A stretch of 63,345 nt of DNA, the filler included, from Octopus bimaculoides (taxonomy: Eukaryota): the NCBI RefSeq assembly GCF_001194135.2. It is 4 parts of 4 records of this genome, joined end to end, with 100 filler letters (N's around TTAATTAATTAA, not from the genome) between each part and the next. Parts side by side here need not be neighbours in the genome. Positions count along the whole stretch, not along the records: positions 1 to 19,829 come from NC_068999.1; 3 more parts are not named here. One strand, 5' to 3'. Both the position numbers and the translations under genes were made by a program. A model generated the notes under the pieces. The model did not search any database. It was not told the DNA's origin and worked only from the letters and a program-made list of their open reading frames with translations. Each line of letters starts with the position of its first letter. Within the stretch, counting starts at the first letter, position 1. Below are positions 1 to 13,690 of the stretch, one piece after another.

Positions 1-71
<71 letters not shown>

Positions 72-100
72 GTGTGTGTGCGTGCGTGCGTGTGTGTGTA
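1..100. repeat. Compound microsatellite (TC)n-(TA)n-(TG)n
   Basis: Directly visible dinucleotide runs. Confidence 0.95.
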
Positions 101-643
101 TTTGTGCACATTTGGTGTCGAGTGCATGCTTGTGCATGCAGGCATGTAAGCCTGACTGCATTTACCTGCACGAATACCTGCTTACCTGTTCGAAGATAAG
201 AAAAGTGTTATTTTAATTCTGGGCCTTTTTCCCTGCTTCAGAATAAGGAGCTTCATTTAGCAGCGATATCCGGGTGTTCAATTTCACACCCAAGCCCCCC
301 CATCCTTCACTACTTCTCTACAACAGTCGGGTATGTTGTCTGAAGTATTCTTTGTTTTTATTTGTTTTGTTTTTTTTTTGTTTTTTGGCTTTTTTACTTC
401 TGGCATCGGCAAATATTTATTGGTAAACAAAACCGATTTCAGTTGAAAAATTCCAGTCCCATGGGATGTATTTATTTTGAGTCTAGACATATTGTACAAG
501 AAACGCAAGTAACGTCAAACAGAAATTATTTCAGTTGCTCTGTTGGTCTGGAATATACATACTTACATGCATAGATACATACATACATACGTACATATAT
601 ATATGCATACACGCACACATACAAATATATATGTGCGTGTGTA

Positions 644-677
<34 letters not shown>

Positions 678-1059
678 TATATGGGTAAAGGACGTCACAA
701 AACGTACACAACATGTAATACGAAATACGAAATATATATGTATATATNNNNNNNNNNNNNNNNNNNNNNNNNNNNNNNNNNNNNNNNNNNNNNNNNNNNN
801 NNNNNNNNNNNNNNNNNNNNNNNNNNNNNNNNNNNNNNNNNNNNNNNNNNNNNNNNNNNNNNNNNNNNNNNNNNNNNNNNNNNNNNNNNNNNNNNNNNNN
901 NNNNNNNNNNNNNNNNNNNNNNNNNNNNNNNNNNNNNNNNNNNNNNNNNNNNNNNNNNNNNNNNNNNNNNNNNNNNNNNNNNNNNATATATATATATATA
1001 TATATATATTTGTAAATATATATGCACCTCTGTGTGTGTGTCTGTGTGTTTGTGTGTAA

Positions 1060-1090
<31 letters not shown>

Positions 1091-1103
1091 TGAGAAGCTG
1101 TGT

Positions 1104-1340
1104 GAAGGTGTATGGCCTAGGCGTTAGTGCTTTGAACTATCGGTCGTAAGGCGGTGGTTTCGTTTCTCAGATTGGCAGTTTGTTGCATTCTGTCGCAAAA
1201 CACTTCATTTCACGTCCCTTCAGACAACTTTGCTATAAAAGCGTTACCGTGCGGCACACTGACATTACGTTCAAGTCTGTTTGACAGTCTGCTCGCTTAG
1301 CCAGTGGGGTAGCCATCATTCGAAAGCGACAACAATGCGA
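1104..1340 (+). mobile_element. Degenerate tRNA-derived SINE (CORE-like central part)
   Basis: tRNA-like head (tggcctaggcgttag...gtggtttcgtttc) followed by gcaaaacacttcatttcacg, which is shared with the SINE at 27001. Confidence 0.6.
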
Positions 1341-1384
1341 GGAAACACACATACATACATACATACATACATACATACATACGC

Positions 1385-1417
<33 letters not shown>

Positions 1418-1682
1418 CATACATACATACATACAAGGAGAAAGCTAATTCGAAGACTACAGATCCAATCCATCACTGGAACTGTAAAAATCTGTAAAAC
1501 TTTCCAGAAGTTTATCCTTTAAATGTATATTAGCATGTCTAGACATGTGACTATATGCATGAGAATATATACATAAAACATACAATTTTTCACGTACATA
1601 CATACATACATACATGCATACATACATACATACATACATACATACATACATACATACATACATACATACAAACAAAAAAAAC

Positions 1683-1822
1683 ATGTTGTTGATGTTGAAA
1701 TTCCAATGAAGGAACCTTGGATCTAGGTTAGAAGCAGGTTCTTTCTCTATTGGCAAGAAATCTTGAAATAAACTGAATGATAACATACATACATACATAC
1801 ATACATACATACATACATACAT
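1683..1822 (+). mobile_element. Retroposon 3' end with (ACAT)n tail
   Basis: Unique ~100-bp segment (gttgatgttgaaattccaatgaagg...aaataaactgaatgata) running directly into an (ACAT)n tract. The retroposon assignment is inference. Confidence 0.45.
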
Positions 1823-2227
1823 AGAAGTGAGAACTGAAAAGTTTCAGGCTTTGAGTGAAAGTAAATATAAGATTTCAACGGTCCTTCAGTTTTTCTGAGC
1901 CCTATAAAAGAACTCATAAGGTTCAGCCTCCAACAAGGCTTTTCGAGATACTTATAAAGCCAGGAGCTTTTCAGCATCCCTCGTATGTATATATTTGATC
2001 GCTGCTAACCGTGCCAAACGATAAAAGAATTCTTTATTTGCACCGTGAGCCAACAGATGGTTTATTATTACTTCATAAGTTACATAGGCTTTACACATGT
2101 TCCACAGATGAATACTAGTATGTTTAAAGTAAATGTTACGTAGATGATTGCGTAATTATAGAGTCAGGTCAGAACTTCATTAGAAAATTGTAATTTAATT
2201 AGTTATGTTGTGCCATTTACAAACTTC

Positions 2228-2444
2228 TCTTTTACTTTTATTTTTTTTCAGTCATTTGACTGCGACCATGCTGCAGCACCGCATTTAGTCGAGCAAATCG
2301 ACTCCAGGACTTATTCTTTGTAAGCCTAGTACTTATTCTATCGGTCACTTTTGCCGAACTGCTTAGTCACGGGGACGTAAACACACCAACATCGGTTGTC
2401 AAGCGATGTTGGGGGACAAACACAGACACAAACAAACACACATA

Positions 2445-2488
<44 letters not shown>

Positions 2489-2612
2489 CGACAGGCTTCT
2501 TTCAGTTTCCGTCTACCAGATCCACTCCCGAGGCTTTGGTCGGCCCGAGGCTATACTAGAAGACACTTGCACAAGATGCCACACAATGGGACTGAACCCG
2601 GAACCATGTGGT
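2228..2612 (-). mobile_element. tRNA/CORE-type SINE (family A) with internal (TA)n microsatellite
   Basis: Reverse complement aligns along its length with 4683-5052, with shared tail ...gcggtgctccagcatggccgcagtcaaatgactgaaacaagtaaaagaat. Internal (TA)n lies at ~2447-2481. Confidence 0.85.
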
Positions 2613-2799
2613 TGAAACTTATTTAGCAGGTCTTTGCACAGTTTCCGTATAGCAGTACTTCACTTACTATCTATTTATGGCCAATCATCCAATTCTAACC
2701 TTGTGTGATTTCGATCGCATTAACAAAGAACTGCGCTAGGAACTCCTTAGTCACATAAGTGGATACACAAGACTACTTTTGGCTTCATAAATCAGTCAC

Positions 2800-3351
<552 letters not shown>

Positions 3352-4580
3352 ACGAACTAAACTGACAAAATAACTATTCGTGCTGTGCGTGTGTGTGTGT
3401 GTGTGTGTAAGCATCTACAATTGTATATTTATATCAATACACACACATGTTCAATTAGCTACACATACGCACACAAAACTACAAACAGAGACGTACGTAC
3501 AAATGTATGTATTTCTAATTCCCATTAGTCTGAATGTATGTAACTATGTGCTTCCTTAGTATGTGTATGTGTATGTGTATGTGTGTGTGTGTGGGCGCAT
3601 GTGTGTGCCTGTCATTGTATGAACATCTGAATGCTCGTTTAAAAGTAAATCACGTGTCTAACAAAACAAAACAAAAATATAGCTAAACAACTAAATTAAA
3701 AAGAAAAGAACGAAATATTCGATACTAGACAGGAGTTAGTTGAAACCACCGAACTAAAGTGACCCCTCACTTCACCAATAATTACTTTAAACTATCCCTG
3801 AAATATGTATCAATATAAACAAACGGGCCAAATATTCTCAATGACCTTCTGGTCACCTTTTAACTTCTTTAACTGCCATGGTCAAATTTTGGAAAAAATG
3901 AAAAGAAGAAATATATACACACATATAAACAGACATGAGTTTAAAAACAATGGATAGATAAGAGCAATAGCTATTTAGAATGATCGAATTCCAGTTTACT
4001 CAGCTGTAAATAATTTTATTTTGAAGCTATCCAGCCATCATTATGCTCACGCTGTGATACATTTGTGTTTTGACTCCAGCTGCTCGTTCGAAAATATTTC
4101 TCATCAACGCGCAGGACCTTGGGCAAGTGTTTTCTACCGTGGAGCCTGTCCGAAAAAAAATTGTGAGAGAATTTGGAATACAGAAACTAAAAGCGCGCGC
4201 GCACGCACATACACACACACATACACACACACATACACACACATGAATATTTGTGTGGGTGGGTTTTTGTGTGCGTGTGCATGTGTGCATATATATATAT
4301 TTATATATTTAATCCTTTATATTGAACACTCAATATTTCATCTATTCAATAAGACATATTCCATATATTCAATAATACATTCAATACTTTATTTCATTGT
4401 ACCATCCATTTTTATTTTATATTATATATTGTATATTCCATATTCTATATCCCACATTGGTTTTGCAGGAATATAAATAAAACATAAAAAACAGACAGTG
4501 TTGGAACTCTTTTAAACAAAATAATATATTCCTCTATACACAATCATACAAAACCCCTTTTTTTTGTATTTATTTTTACT

Positions 4581-4611
<31 letters not shown>

Positions 4612-4682
4612 CTAGAGAGAGAGAGACTTAAATATATATAGACATAGATATATAGATATATACATATACATATATATACACA

Positions 4683-5052
4683 GGCTCAGGCGTAGCTTTG
4701 TAGCAAGCAGCTTGCTACCCAGCCACATAGTTCCGAGTTCAGTCCCACTGTCCAACTGTCTTCTACTATAGCCCCGGACCGACCAAAGCCTTGTGAGTGG
4801 ATTTGGTATACTGAAACTGAAATTAGCCCGTTGTATATATTTATGTGTGTGTGTGTCTGTATTTGTCCCCCGCCGTCACTTCCCAACCGATGTTGGTATG
4901 TTTATATACCCCGAAAATTACCGCTTCGACGAAAGAGATCGACAGAATAAGAATTAGGCTTACAAAGAATAAGTCCTGGACTCGATTTGTTTAACTAAAA
5001 GCGGTCTTCAACATGTCCATTGTCAAATGACTGAAACAAGTAAAAGAATTAA
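4683..5052 (+). mobile_element. tRNA/CORE-type SINE (family A), near full length
   Basis: B-box-like gagttcagtcc, then gaccaaagccttgtgagtggatttggta, an internal TA/TG stretch and the conserved tail ending aaacaagtaaaagaattaaagaa. Confidence 0.85.
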
Positions 5053-5060
5053 AGAAAAGA

Positions 5061-5111
<51 letters not shown>

Positions 5112-5500
5112 NNNNNNNNNNNNNNNNNNNNNNNNNNNNNNNNNNNNNNNNNNNNNNNNNNNNNNNNNNNNNNNNNNNNNNNNNNNNNNNNNNNNNNNNN
5201 NNNNNNNNNNNNNNNNNNNNNNNNNNNNNNNNNNNNNNNNNNNNNNNNNNNNNNNNNNNNNNNNNNNNNNNNNNNNNNNNNNNNNNNNNNNNNNNNNNNN
5301 NNNNNNNNNNNNNNNNNNNNNNNNNNNNNNNNNNNNNNNNNNNNNNNNNNNNNNNNNNNNNNNNNNNNNNNNNNNNNNNNNNNNNNNNNNNNNNNNNNNN
5401 NNNNNNNNNNNNNNNNNNNNNNNNNNNNNNNNNNNNNNNNNNNNNNNNNNNNNNNNNNNNNNNNNNNNNNNNNNNNNNTATATATATATATATATATATA

Positions 5501-5993
5501 TTGGGTTGAATGATGAATAACGGAATTCGAACTTCAGTTCTTTGAAATAAATGGGAACTATCGTTTTTAAGAGATCCTCATCTGTCATTAAAACAGTGAA
5601 AGCGTACCCATCATAGTTTGATATTAGATATTACTCCTTTAAAATGGATGAAATGAAAGTGCATATTCGCCATGTGGTGTGGCAATTGAGGAAGGGTAAA
5701 AATGCCACAGAAACAGCTAAGAAAATATGCAATGATTATCGCTAAGGCGGTCATTACTGAGCAGCAAGTACGAAGTTTGTTATCAAGGATTCTTTCTGGA
5801 GACTTGTCATTGAGAGACCAACTCAGACCAGATCGCTCATCAGACTTCGATCAAGGTGCTTTTAGAGAAATAATGGAATTCAATCCTCGTAAAAGTACTT
5901 GGGAATTAGAAATTGACTTCAATACAACCCAGTCTACCATCTGCGGCCACTTTGAAAAGGTGGAAAATGTCAGCAAGCTGGGTGTTTGGGTGG
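5501..5993 (+). mobile_element. Mariner transposase N-terminal remnant (frameshifted, truncated at the WVP linker)
   Basis: From ATG 5644: MDEMKVHIRHVVWQLRKGKNATETAKKIC, then after a frameshift VITEQQVR..LSRILSGDLSLRDQLRPDRSSDFD...NPRKSTWEL...STICGHFEKVENVSKLGVWV. This is the mariner paired-like HTH ending in KLGVWV(P). Confidence 0.85.
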
Positions 5994-7117
5994 TAATTCG
6001 TCCTCAGTCATTTCGCCACTGGTAATTTCGCTCCAGGTAACTTCGCCACTACTATCCATTCAAGCTCATTTCATCTGAGTTTTTATTGGATATCACAAGC
6101 AATGAACTGATCGTAACAAGATTTCTTATTGTTCTGGATAATATGGAGCTAATGGAATAATTTCGTCAAAATTCAAAATCTGTTTTTGAAATAAGCTCTT
6201 AGGTCACAATATTATGGAGAACAGTGCTGACAGATATAGTTTATGCGAAACCAGGCGTTGACAAATATATTTTACGTGAAACCACGTGTTGACACTGTGT
6301 TCTGCTTTTTGTTTCAATATTTTGGGATATTTTTACCCATCTATTTGGATATTTCACCGATTTGTTTTTTATTAGGATATTCTATCGATCTGTTTGGTTA
6401 TGGCAGAAACCTACATACATATATACATGAATATATATATATATATATATATATANNNNNNNNNNNNNNNNNNNNNNNNNNNNNNNNNNNNNNNNNNNNN
6501 NNNNNNNNNNNNNNNNNNNNNNNNNNNNNNNNNNNNNNNNNNNNNNNNNNNNNNNNNNNNNNNNNNNNNNNNNNNNNNNNNNNNNNNNNNNNNNNNNNNN
6601 NNNNNNNNNNNNNNNNNNNNNNNNNNNNNNNNNNNNNNNNNNNNNNNNNNNNNNNNNNNNNNNNNNNNNNNNNNNNNNNNNNNNNNNNNNNNNNNNNNNN
6701 NNNNNNNNNNNNNNNNNNNNNNNNNNNNNNNNNNNNNNNNNNNNNNNNNNNNNNNNNNNNNNNNNNNNNNNNNNNNNNNNNNNNNNNNNNNNNNNNNNNN
6801 NNNNNNNNNNTATATAAATATATATACATATATACATATATACATACATACGACGGGCTTCTATCACTTTCCATCTACCAAATTCACTCACAAGGCTTTG
6901 GTCGATAAGCAATGTTCCTACCACACAGCCACTTCTGCCCCTATGTATGTGTGGTGTGTGTGAGGGTGTATATGTGTGTGTGCGTGTGTATATGTGTGCA
7001 TGTGTAGAGATAGATAGAGATAGAGAGAGATAGAGAAAGCGATAGATAGAGAGATAGATAGATAGAGGGAGGGAGGGAGAGAGATAGAAAGATCGATAGA
7101 TAGATAGATAGATAGAT

Positions 7118-7160
<43 letters not shown>

Positions 7161-7774
7161 ATGGATGGATGTATGGATGAGTGGATGGTTAGCGATGTTT
7201 GGCTTGCTTTACTCAAAGTAAAATTTACGACGACGACGACAACGACGCTAAGAATGATGATGATGATGATGTTGACGATGACGATAATGATGATGACGGT
7301 GAGAAAAGCTGACGACGCCGTCGTAAATTTGGAGAGTAAACGGTGTCGGGGTGTGTGAAGGGATTGTTGCTGCCGGGTGGATTAATTTGTCCACCCAAAA
7401 TGCCATTGTTTGGGGCTGACTGATTACCTTTAGCCAGAGTGCTTTGCTTGTTGTCATGGTGGTAGTAGTCTCGTGCTGGTTCTCGCTATGTGGTTTGGGA
7501 TGGTGAAACTCGTTTCGTGGTACAGCTGGTAAATTGATAATCTAGTCATTCTCGGTTGTGTTGCTTGTGAGTGAGGCGTATGTGTTTGTCAACGTCTGCA
7601 TGTGTATATGTATGTGAGTAATGTTTCCACTGCCGTTGTTGTTGTTGTTGTCGTGTTTAGCCCCAGGTCGACACAAGGCTTATGATGAAAGCCTTTCCGA
7701 CCATGGTTTGGGTATCCGGTTTAAGGTCGTTCAGTCCGCTTTTGGGGGGTGGCTTTACCAAGGGCTCATTCTAT

Positions 7775-7960
7775 TAGATTTAAAAAAAAAATTTAGTCGT
7801 TCGACTGCGACCGTGCTGGGGCATAGCCTAATGTGTTTTATTCGACCTCAAATTTAATGCTGGTAATTACTCTATCGATTACTTTTTTGTCGAACCGCTA
7901 GGTTACAGGAACGTAAACAGACCATGGTGGTGAGGGACAAACACAAAAACAAAGACACAT
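7775..7960 (-). mobile_element. Family A SINE, 3' half
   Basis: tttagtcgttcgactgcgaccgtgctggggc...cgaaccgctaggttacaggaacgtaaac...gggacaaacac matches the reverse complement of the family A tail. Confidence 0.7.
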
Positions 7961-7965
7961 ACACG

Positions 7966-8051
<86 letters not shown>

Positions 8052-8169
8052 CATATATGTGTATGTATGTATGTATATATATATATATATATATATAGGC
8101 TGAGGCCATGCTGGTGCACCGCCTTTACTGCATCCGGGGATCTTTCCTGTATTGCTTCTGGTGAAGTAG

Positions 8170-8335
8170 CGAGTTGGACGAAAGACGAAGACGGGTTTGT
8201 AAACAAGAAACAGATGCATTAGTCTAACGCTCGGAAAGTGCGAAAGTCTTTAACGTTTCGAGCCTACGCTCTTCGACAGAAAGGAACACAAAAGAAACAG
8301 GGAGAGAAAATAGAAAAAGGTTTAGTGGCTAACGA
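8170..8335 (-). mobile_element. Penelope-type short repeat carrying a hammerhead-like motif
   Basis: Homologous to 53665-53850 (+), sharing gagcgtaggctcgaaacgttaaa and the downstream catctgttt...gtcttcgtcttt. Confidence 0.6.
8248..8283 (-). ncRNA. Minimal type I hammerhead-ribozyme-like motif (variant core)
   Basis: Minus strand reads CUUU-CUGUCGA-A-GAGC(GUAG)GCUC-GAAA-CG-UU-AAAG. This gives stem I CUUU/AAAG, a 4-bp stem II and a palindromic ACGU in place of stem III. The core has U at conserved A6. Confidence 0.5.
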
Positions 8336-8358
8336 TCTATCTATCTATCTATCAATCA

Positions 8359-8412
<54 letters not shown>

Positions 8413-8413
8413 T

Positions 8414-8462
<49 letters not shown>

Positions 8463-9418
8463 NNNNNNNNNNNNNNNNNNNNNNNNNNNNNNNNNNNNNN
8501 NNNNNNNNNNNNNNNNNNNNNNNNNNNNNNNNNNNNNNNNNNNNNNNNNNNNNNNNNNNNNNNNNNNNNNNNNNNNNNNNNNNNNNNNNNNNNNNNNNNN
8601 NNNNNNNNNNNNNNNNNNNNNNNNNNNNNNNNNNNNNNNNNNNNNNNNNNNNNNNNNNNNNNNNNNNNNNNNNNNNNNNNNNNNNNNNNNNNNNNNNNNN
8701 NNNNNNNNNNNNNNNNNNNNNNNNNNNNNNNNNNNNNNNNNNNNNNNNNNNNNNNNNNNNNNNNNNNNNNNNNNNNNNNNNNNNNNNNNNNNNNNNNNNN
8801 NNNNNNNNNNNNNNNNNNNNNNNNNNNNNNNNNNNNNNNNNNNNNNNNNNNNNNNNNNNNNNNNNNNNNNNNNNNNNNNNNNNNNNNNNNNNNNNNNNNN
8901 NNNNNNNNNNNNNNNNNNNNNNNNNNNNNNNNNNNNNNNNNNNNNNNNNNNNNNNNNNNNNNNNNNNNNNNNNNNNNNNNNNNNNNNNNNNNNNNNNNNN
9001 NNNNNNNNNNNNNNNNNNNNNNNNNNNNNNNNNNNNNNNNNNNNNNTATATATATGCACACACACAAGTACTTATATGTATGTGTGTGTGCTTTCATCTG
9101 GTGTATGTTTGTGTTTGCGAGACTATGTATGTGTATGCGATTATTCACGACGAATAGTTTTGTAGTAATCTATAAGAAAATATACTTGTTGATTGACAGT
9201 TAATAGTTAGTCTGAATATTTGGTTTGAACTTGCTCAACGTATACTAATCAATACAATCACTATGGAGGCTTATGTCTGTCTTGAGTGTCAAGCAATCAT
9301 GGCTTCCCTAACACCTTCCATTCACCAGCTCAATTTTTTATCGTACGATATTTTTATTAGTACTTTGTAGATTCGTTTAACGTTTCTTTAATTGTATTCA
9401 TACATACATACATACATA

Positions 9419-9455
<37 letters not shown>

Positions 9456-9589
9456 GGTTTTGATGTGTTCTGCTAAGATTGTTGTTTTTTTTTTCTTCAT
9501 TATTTAATATTGCATTAATAAATTCGCTTGTATATGCAAACTAAAAAATTTAGAATATTTTATATTATATTATATGATGTATAATATGT

Positions 9590-9611
9590 TATCATCTTCA
9601 TCATCATCATC

Positions 9612-9651
<40 letters not shown>

Positions 9652-9925
9652 CCATCATCCTCACTTAATGTCCCTGTCCATGCTGTTATAGGGCGGACGG
9701 TTTGACCAGGGCTGGCCAGCTGGAAGGTTGCACCAGACCCCTGTCTGATCTGGCATGATTTCCCAGTCTGAGGGCCCTTCCTGGCGCCAAGCACTACAAG
9801 AGAGTAATGGGTGCTTTTACGTGACACTGGCACTGGTGCCATTTTGGTGACACCAGTATCTGCTTCAACTACGATTTCACTTGGCTTGATGGGTCTTCTT
9901 CTCAAGCACGGCATAATGCCAAAGG
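9590..9925 (-). mobile_element. Retroposon 3' portion ending in a (GAT)n tail
   Basis: GC-richer segment (gggcccttcctggcgccaagcact...gggtcttcttctcaagcacggcata) abutting (CAT)n at ~9590-9660. Family not determined. Confidence 0.55.
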
Positions 9926-10134
9926 TTGCGGTTATTGTATATATATATATATATATATATAAATAGAGTTATTAATATTTCTAAGTCTCTCTAAAGGAGA
10001 CTACGGCAGCGGTACTGGAAATTAATAGTTATCGCCAAGCCAACATGGCAGTCCCAAAATTAGGACGAAAGCTGCCGTGAATTAGCTCCAAGAAGCCATC
10101 GCCTCTAGCTAGCTATGTGACACACGAAACCTGT

Positions 10135-10385
10135 GTCCTTTATATATATATATATGAATATATGTGTGTGTGTGTTTATGTTTATGTTTATCCCCCACCA
10201 CCGTTTGACAACCGATGATGAGATGTTTACGTCCCCGTAACTTAGCGGTTCGGATCTAATTGAACGGATAGAATAAATACTGAGCTTCAAAAAATGAAAT
10301 TCTAAAGTCGACTTACTTGACTAAAGCCCTTCAAAGCAGTGCTCCAGCGTGACCGCAGACAAATGCCCGAAATAAGTAAAAGACA
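10135..10385 (+). mobile_element. Family A SINE, 3' half
   Basis: Internal TA/TG, then ttgacaaccgatg...gtttacgtccccgtaacttagcggttcgg...gcagtgctccagcgtgaccgcag...aagtaaaag. Confidence 0.75.
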
Positions 10386-10388
10386 ACA

Positions 10389-10456
<68 letters not shown>

Positions 10457-11214
10457 CAGAATATGCTAAAGAACGGAAAATGACGTGTAACAGATGAAAC
10501 AGTGGTCAAAAGTGATACATATTTTGTCGGCGGGATATTAGAAGTAAATAATGAAAAACAAATGACAAGTAAAATCTAAGTATATTTATTAAGAGAGATT
10601 TTTGACGGTAATAGAATAAGGCGACAAATAAGTTAAAATTATAAAGGATGTTTTTGCTAGACATATTTTAGATTTGAGTAGTTTGACGCGGATGAAGTTC
10701 TCAGTTTCTTCCCTCAGAATACTGGAGAAAACGCTTCAGTCTAGGCAACGCTTCATCAGAGATCAATGGACTTCGTTTATGTGGCCTGAGAAGTCAGCAT
10801 TTTCTTGCTAAATATCATCGACGCAAACCCAGACGCTTATTTTGTCTAATTTACTTAACATTTCATGCATTAACACTTTAGTCATTGATAGAAAAGAAAA
10901 ATAAACAATGTTATATCATAAAGAAGAATGAAAGTTCAAAGTGTATGAGCATTTAATTTTAGTAAACATACATTTTAGCTACACTGTAAAAAAAAAGTAC
11001 AGATGCTAAGTTTAAACCAAAAATTTTTTTGTTTGCTTTTTCTGTCTGTGGCCAGAAGATATTTATTGGAAACAGATTCTGACATTGTTTATCAATTAAA
11101 TACATCATTCTTGAAATAGATCTAAAATGTGTTTCATCCTTGACCATTCTAGGTTTTTATGACAGTGTAACCAAGATTCCATTAGCCAATGTCTACTTTC
11201 TCTTTCAAGGAGTT

Positions 11215-11623
11215 CAAACGTGACTTTAAGAGACGCTGGCCGCCGTTCCCAGCTCGGGCCTGCAGAGCTACACAAAGGAGATGGTGAAAGGCATGATGGT
11301 GTGAGAGTTTTCCCGTCCGTGACGGTAGACCCTTATGACACCTTCTCTATCATCAAGATTTTGTGTTTAGCTACCTGCTAGGCTCCGCAGCTCGTCAGTC
11401 TGAGAAAACCAAACTGTCAAAGTATCGGCCACTCACTGACAGGTTTATGGTCAAGCCTGTGGAATCGGAACCCTTAGGCGTTCTTGACCTCCGGACCATC
11501 ACCATGCTCACGGCGATACGCAAGTGCGAGGTCTATGAGTCAGAGTGGCTATTGCAGTGCATCTTCTTCACCATCCTCCGGAGCAAGGCCTTTTCTGTTT
11601 TGTCTGCTGGGCCCATCGGGTGA
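11215..11623 (+). mobile_element. CRE/SLACS-clade non-LTR retrotransposon, degenerate C-terminal restriction-like endonuclease (RLE) region
   Basis: One frame gives TLRDAGRRSQLGPAELHKGDGERHDGVRVFP...DTFS (cf. CRE xLEPxGLxRGDGKRPDG). The next gives GSAARQSEKTKLSKYRPLTDRF..KPVESEPLGVL...ESEWLLQCIFFTILRSKAFSVLSAG* (cf. AE..K..KY..L...F.P.AVET.G...WL.QR.S.AI.RGNA.SVL). Confidence 0.75.
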
Positions 11624-12850
11624 GTCTGAATTACAGGAAATCGATATAATGTAAGAATTTCATAGCTTACCACACGAGTAATAAACTTAGACAATCCTTC
11701 TTCATACAGTTTTTTATAATGCTTTGTAGTTAATTCAGTTAAAGTAATCAAATGAGTCTCCACATTGAGTGAAGGAAATATTTGGCGGAGTTTGATTTGA
11801 ATGTCAAACGATTTCCCTGAACATCCAACATCGGCTGGTAGAGAAACAAATCGGTCATTTTGTACCGCTTACTCTGTGAATGCTGATATGCTGAGTTCAA
11901 ATCGTACACGTTGTGGTCAATATTTTCTTTGCTCCCCGGCGAGCCGGTAACCAGTGTACCTGAAACACACTGGTGGAAAAAGTTTGGTGAACAACGCACA
12001 TACTCATATTCATAATTGGTTTTATTTTTTCATCAAAAGAAATTCTTATCGTTAGATAATATAATCCGCTTTTTTTTATTATTATTTCATTTTAAATTTT
12101 TTATTATTTCTAAAAAAAAAATTTATTAACTTTTATATTTAATTTATTTTTCTGTTTTATAGTTATTTTACACATTTTTTTTTTCATTTTTGCAACTATG
12201 CAGCCAGTCTAAAGTAAATAAACACACAGAAAAAAAATCTAAACACAAAGAAAATTTACAAGAACAAATACTTGAAAAGTCATAAACATTTTTAGTATAC
12301 AACATAAAGTATGAAGCCAGCCGAAGGATAAGAACATTTATTAGCCCTCATAAAAGCACCGGTTGTCTAACTTCGATGCCAATCTATATGAATGTATCTG
12401 AGTATAGTTGGATTAATTGGCAGAAAGCCAAAGATGTTAATATTAAAGCGGCTAACGACTTGCTAATAAAATCAATTCTACATAATTCTTTTACATAACT
12501 AGCGTTTTAAATTTGATAATTCTTTTTTTAACGCGAATAAAAGAATATTATCGTTATTTATTTTTTTATTTTTTTAAATTCTTTTTTTTTTGCTTCAGTT
12601 TGTGTATCAGATCTAACACGGTAAATGATTATCGATTATTGATTAAATTAAAACAAATTTATTAGCGACAATATCTCTTCTCTTCTCTCATATTTGTTTG
12701 TTCTACTTTTGATGTGTTTTCCTATAAAATCTGTTTTATTATTGCAAAATACCATTATCGTTAATTTATTATTATTATTATCATCATCATCGTCGTCGTC
12801 AACATTATTATCATCATCATCATCATTATTATTATTATTATTATTATTAT

Positions 12851-12885
<35 letters not shown>

Positions 12886-13118
12886 ATATTTTATATTTGT
12901 TTATTCCATATATTTGCTTGTTTGTTTGTTTGTTTAAAGTACTGGCGTTGCTGCTGATCGTTGTTACGTCCCCTTGTTGAGTAGAGTTCTTTTGTTTTCG
13001 ACCACTTAGAAATTAATCAGCTCTCTACTTAAATTTACTACAAGAGATTTACCAGCTTCAGTACGCTTGCTTTGATAACAAAAAAAGAAAAAAATAATAT
13101 ATATGTATATATACATAC

Positions 13119-13198
<80 letters not shown>

Positions 13199-13641
13199 GC
13201 ACAAACGAACAAACAAAGAACACATATATAGATATACACATACAAACATATATTCGTACGTCACGCATATATCTGCATACCATTATACATATGCATATAA
13301 TAAACAAGAGCCTAGCAACTGAGGTGATGTCAGTGAGAAGTCTCTTGCTCACATTATTTACTTCTAAATATTTTGTTTGATTGCTCCTTTATTTAATTAT
13401 TGCTTAGCATCTTTTTGTTTTTTGTTTTTATTGATAAACATTTTTTTCCCATTTATTTATTTATTTATTTGCTTAAGATCATAACTAACTATTTTGAGAT
13501 GTTGCAAGAAGAAGAAGAAGAAGAAGAAGAAGAAAAAGAAAAAAAAACAGCTTAATAACAACAACAACACAAAAACAATAGAAAACATTGCTGTAATTAT
13601 TATAACAAGGAACAACATGTAACAATGGAGAGCAAAGAAAC

Positions 13642-13690
<49 letters not shown>

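Noticed and set aside
11363-11623. 86-aa ORF with a downstream GTGAGT donor as a host exon
   Set aside because: Better explained as the C-terminus of a CRE-type retrotransposon.
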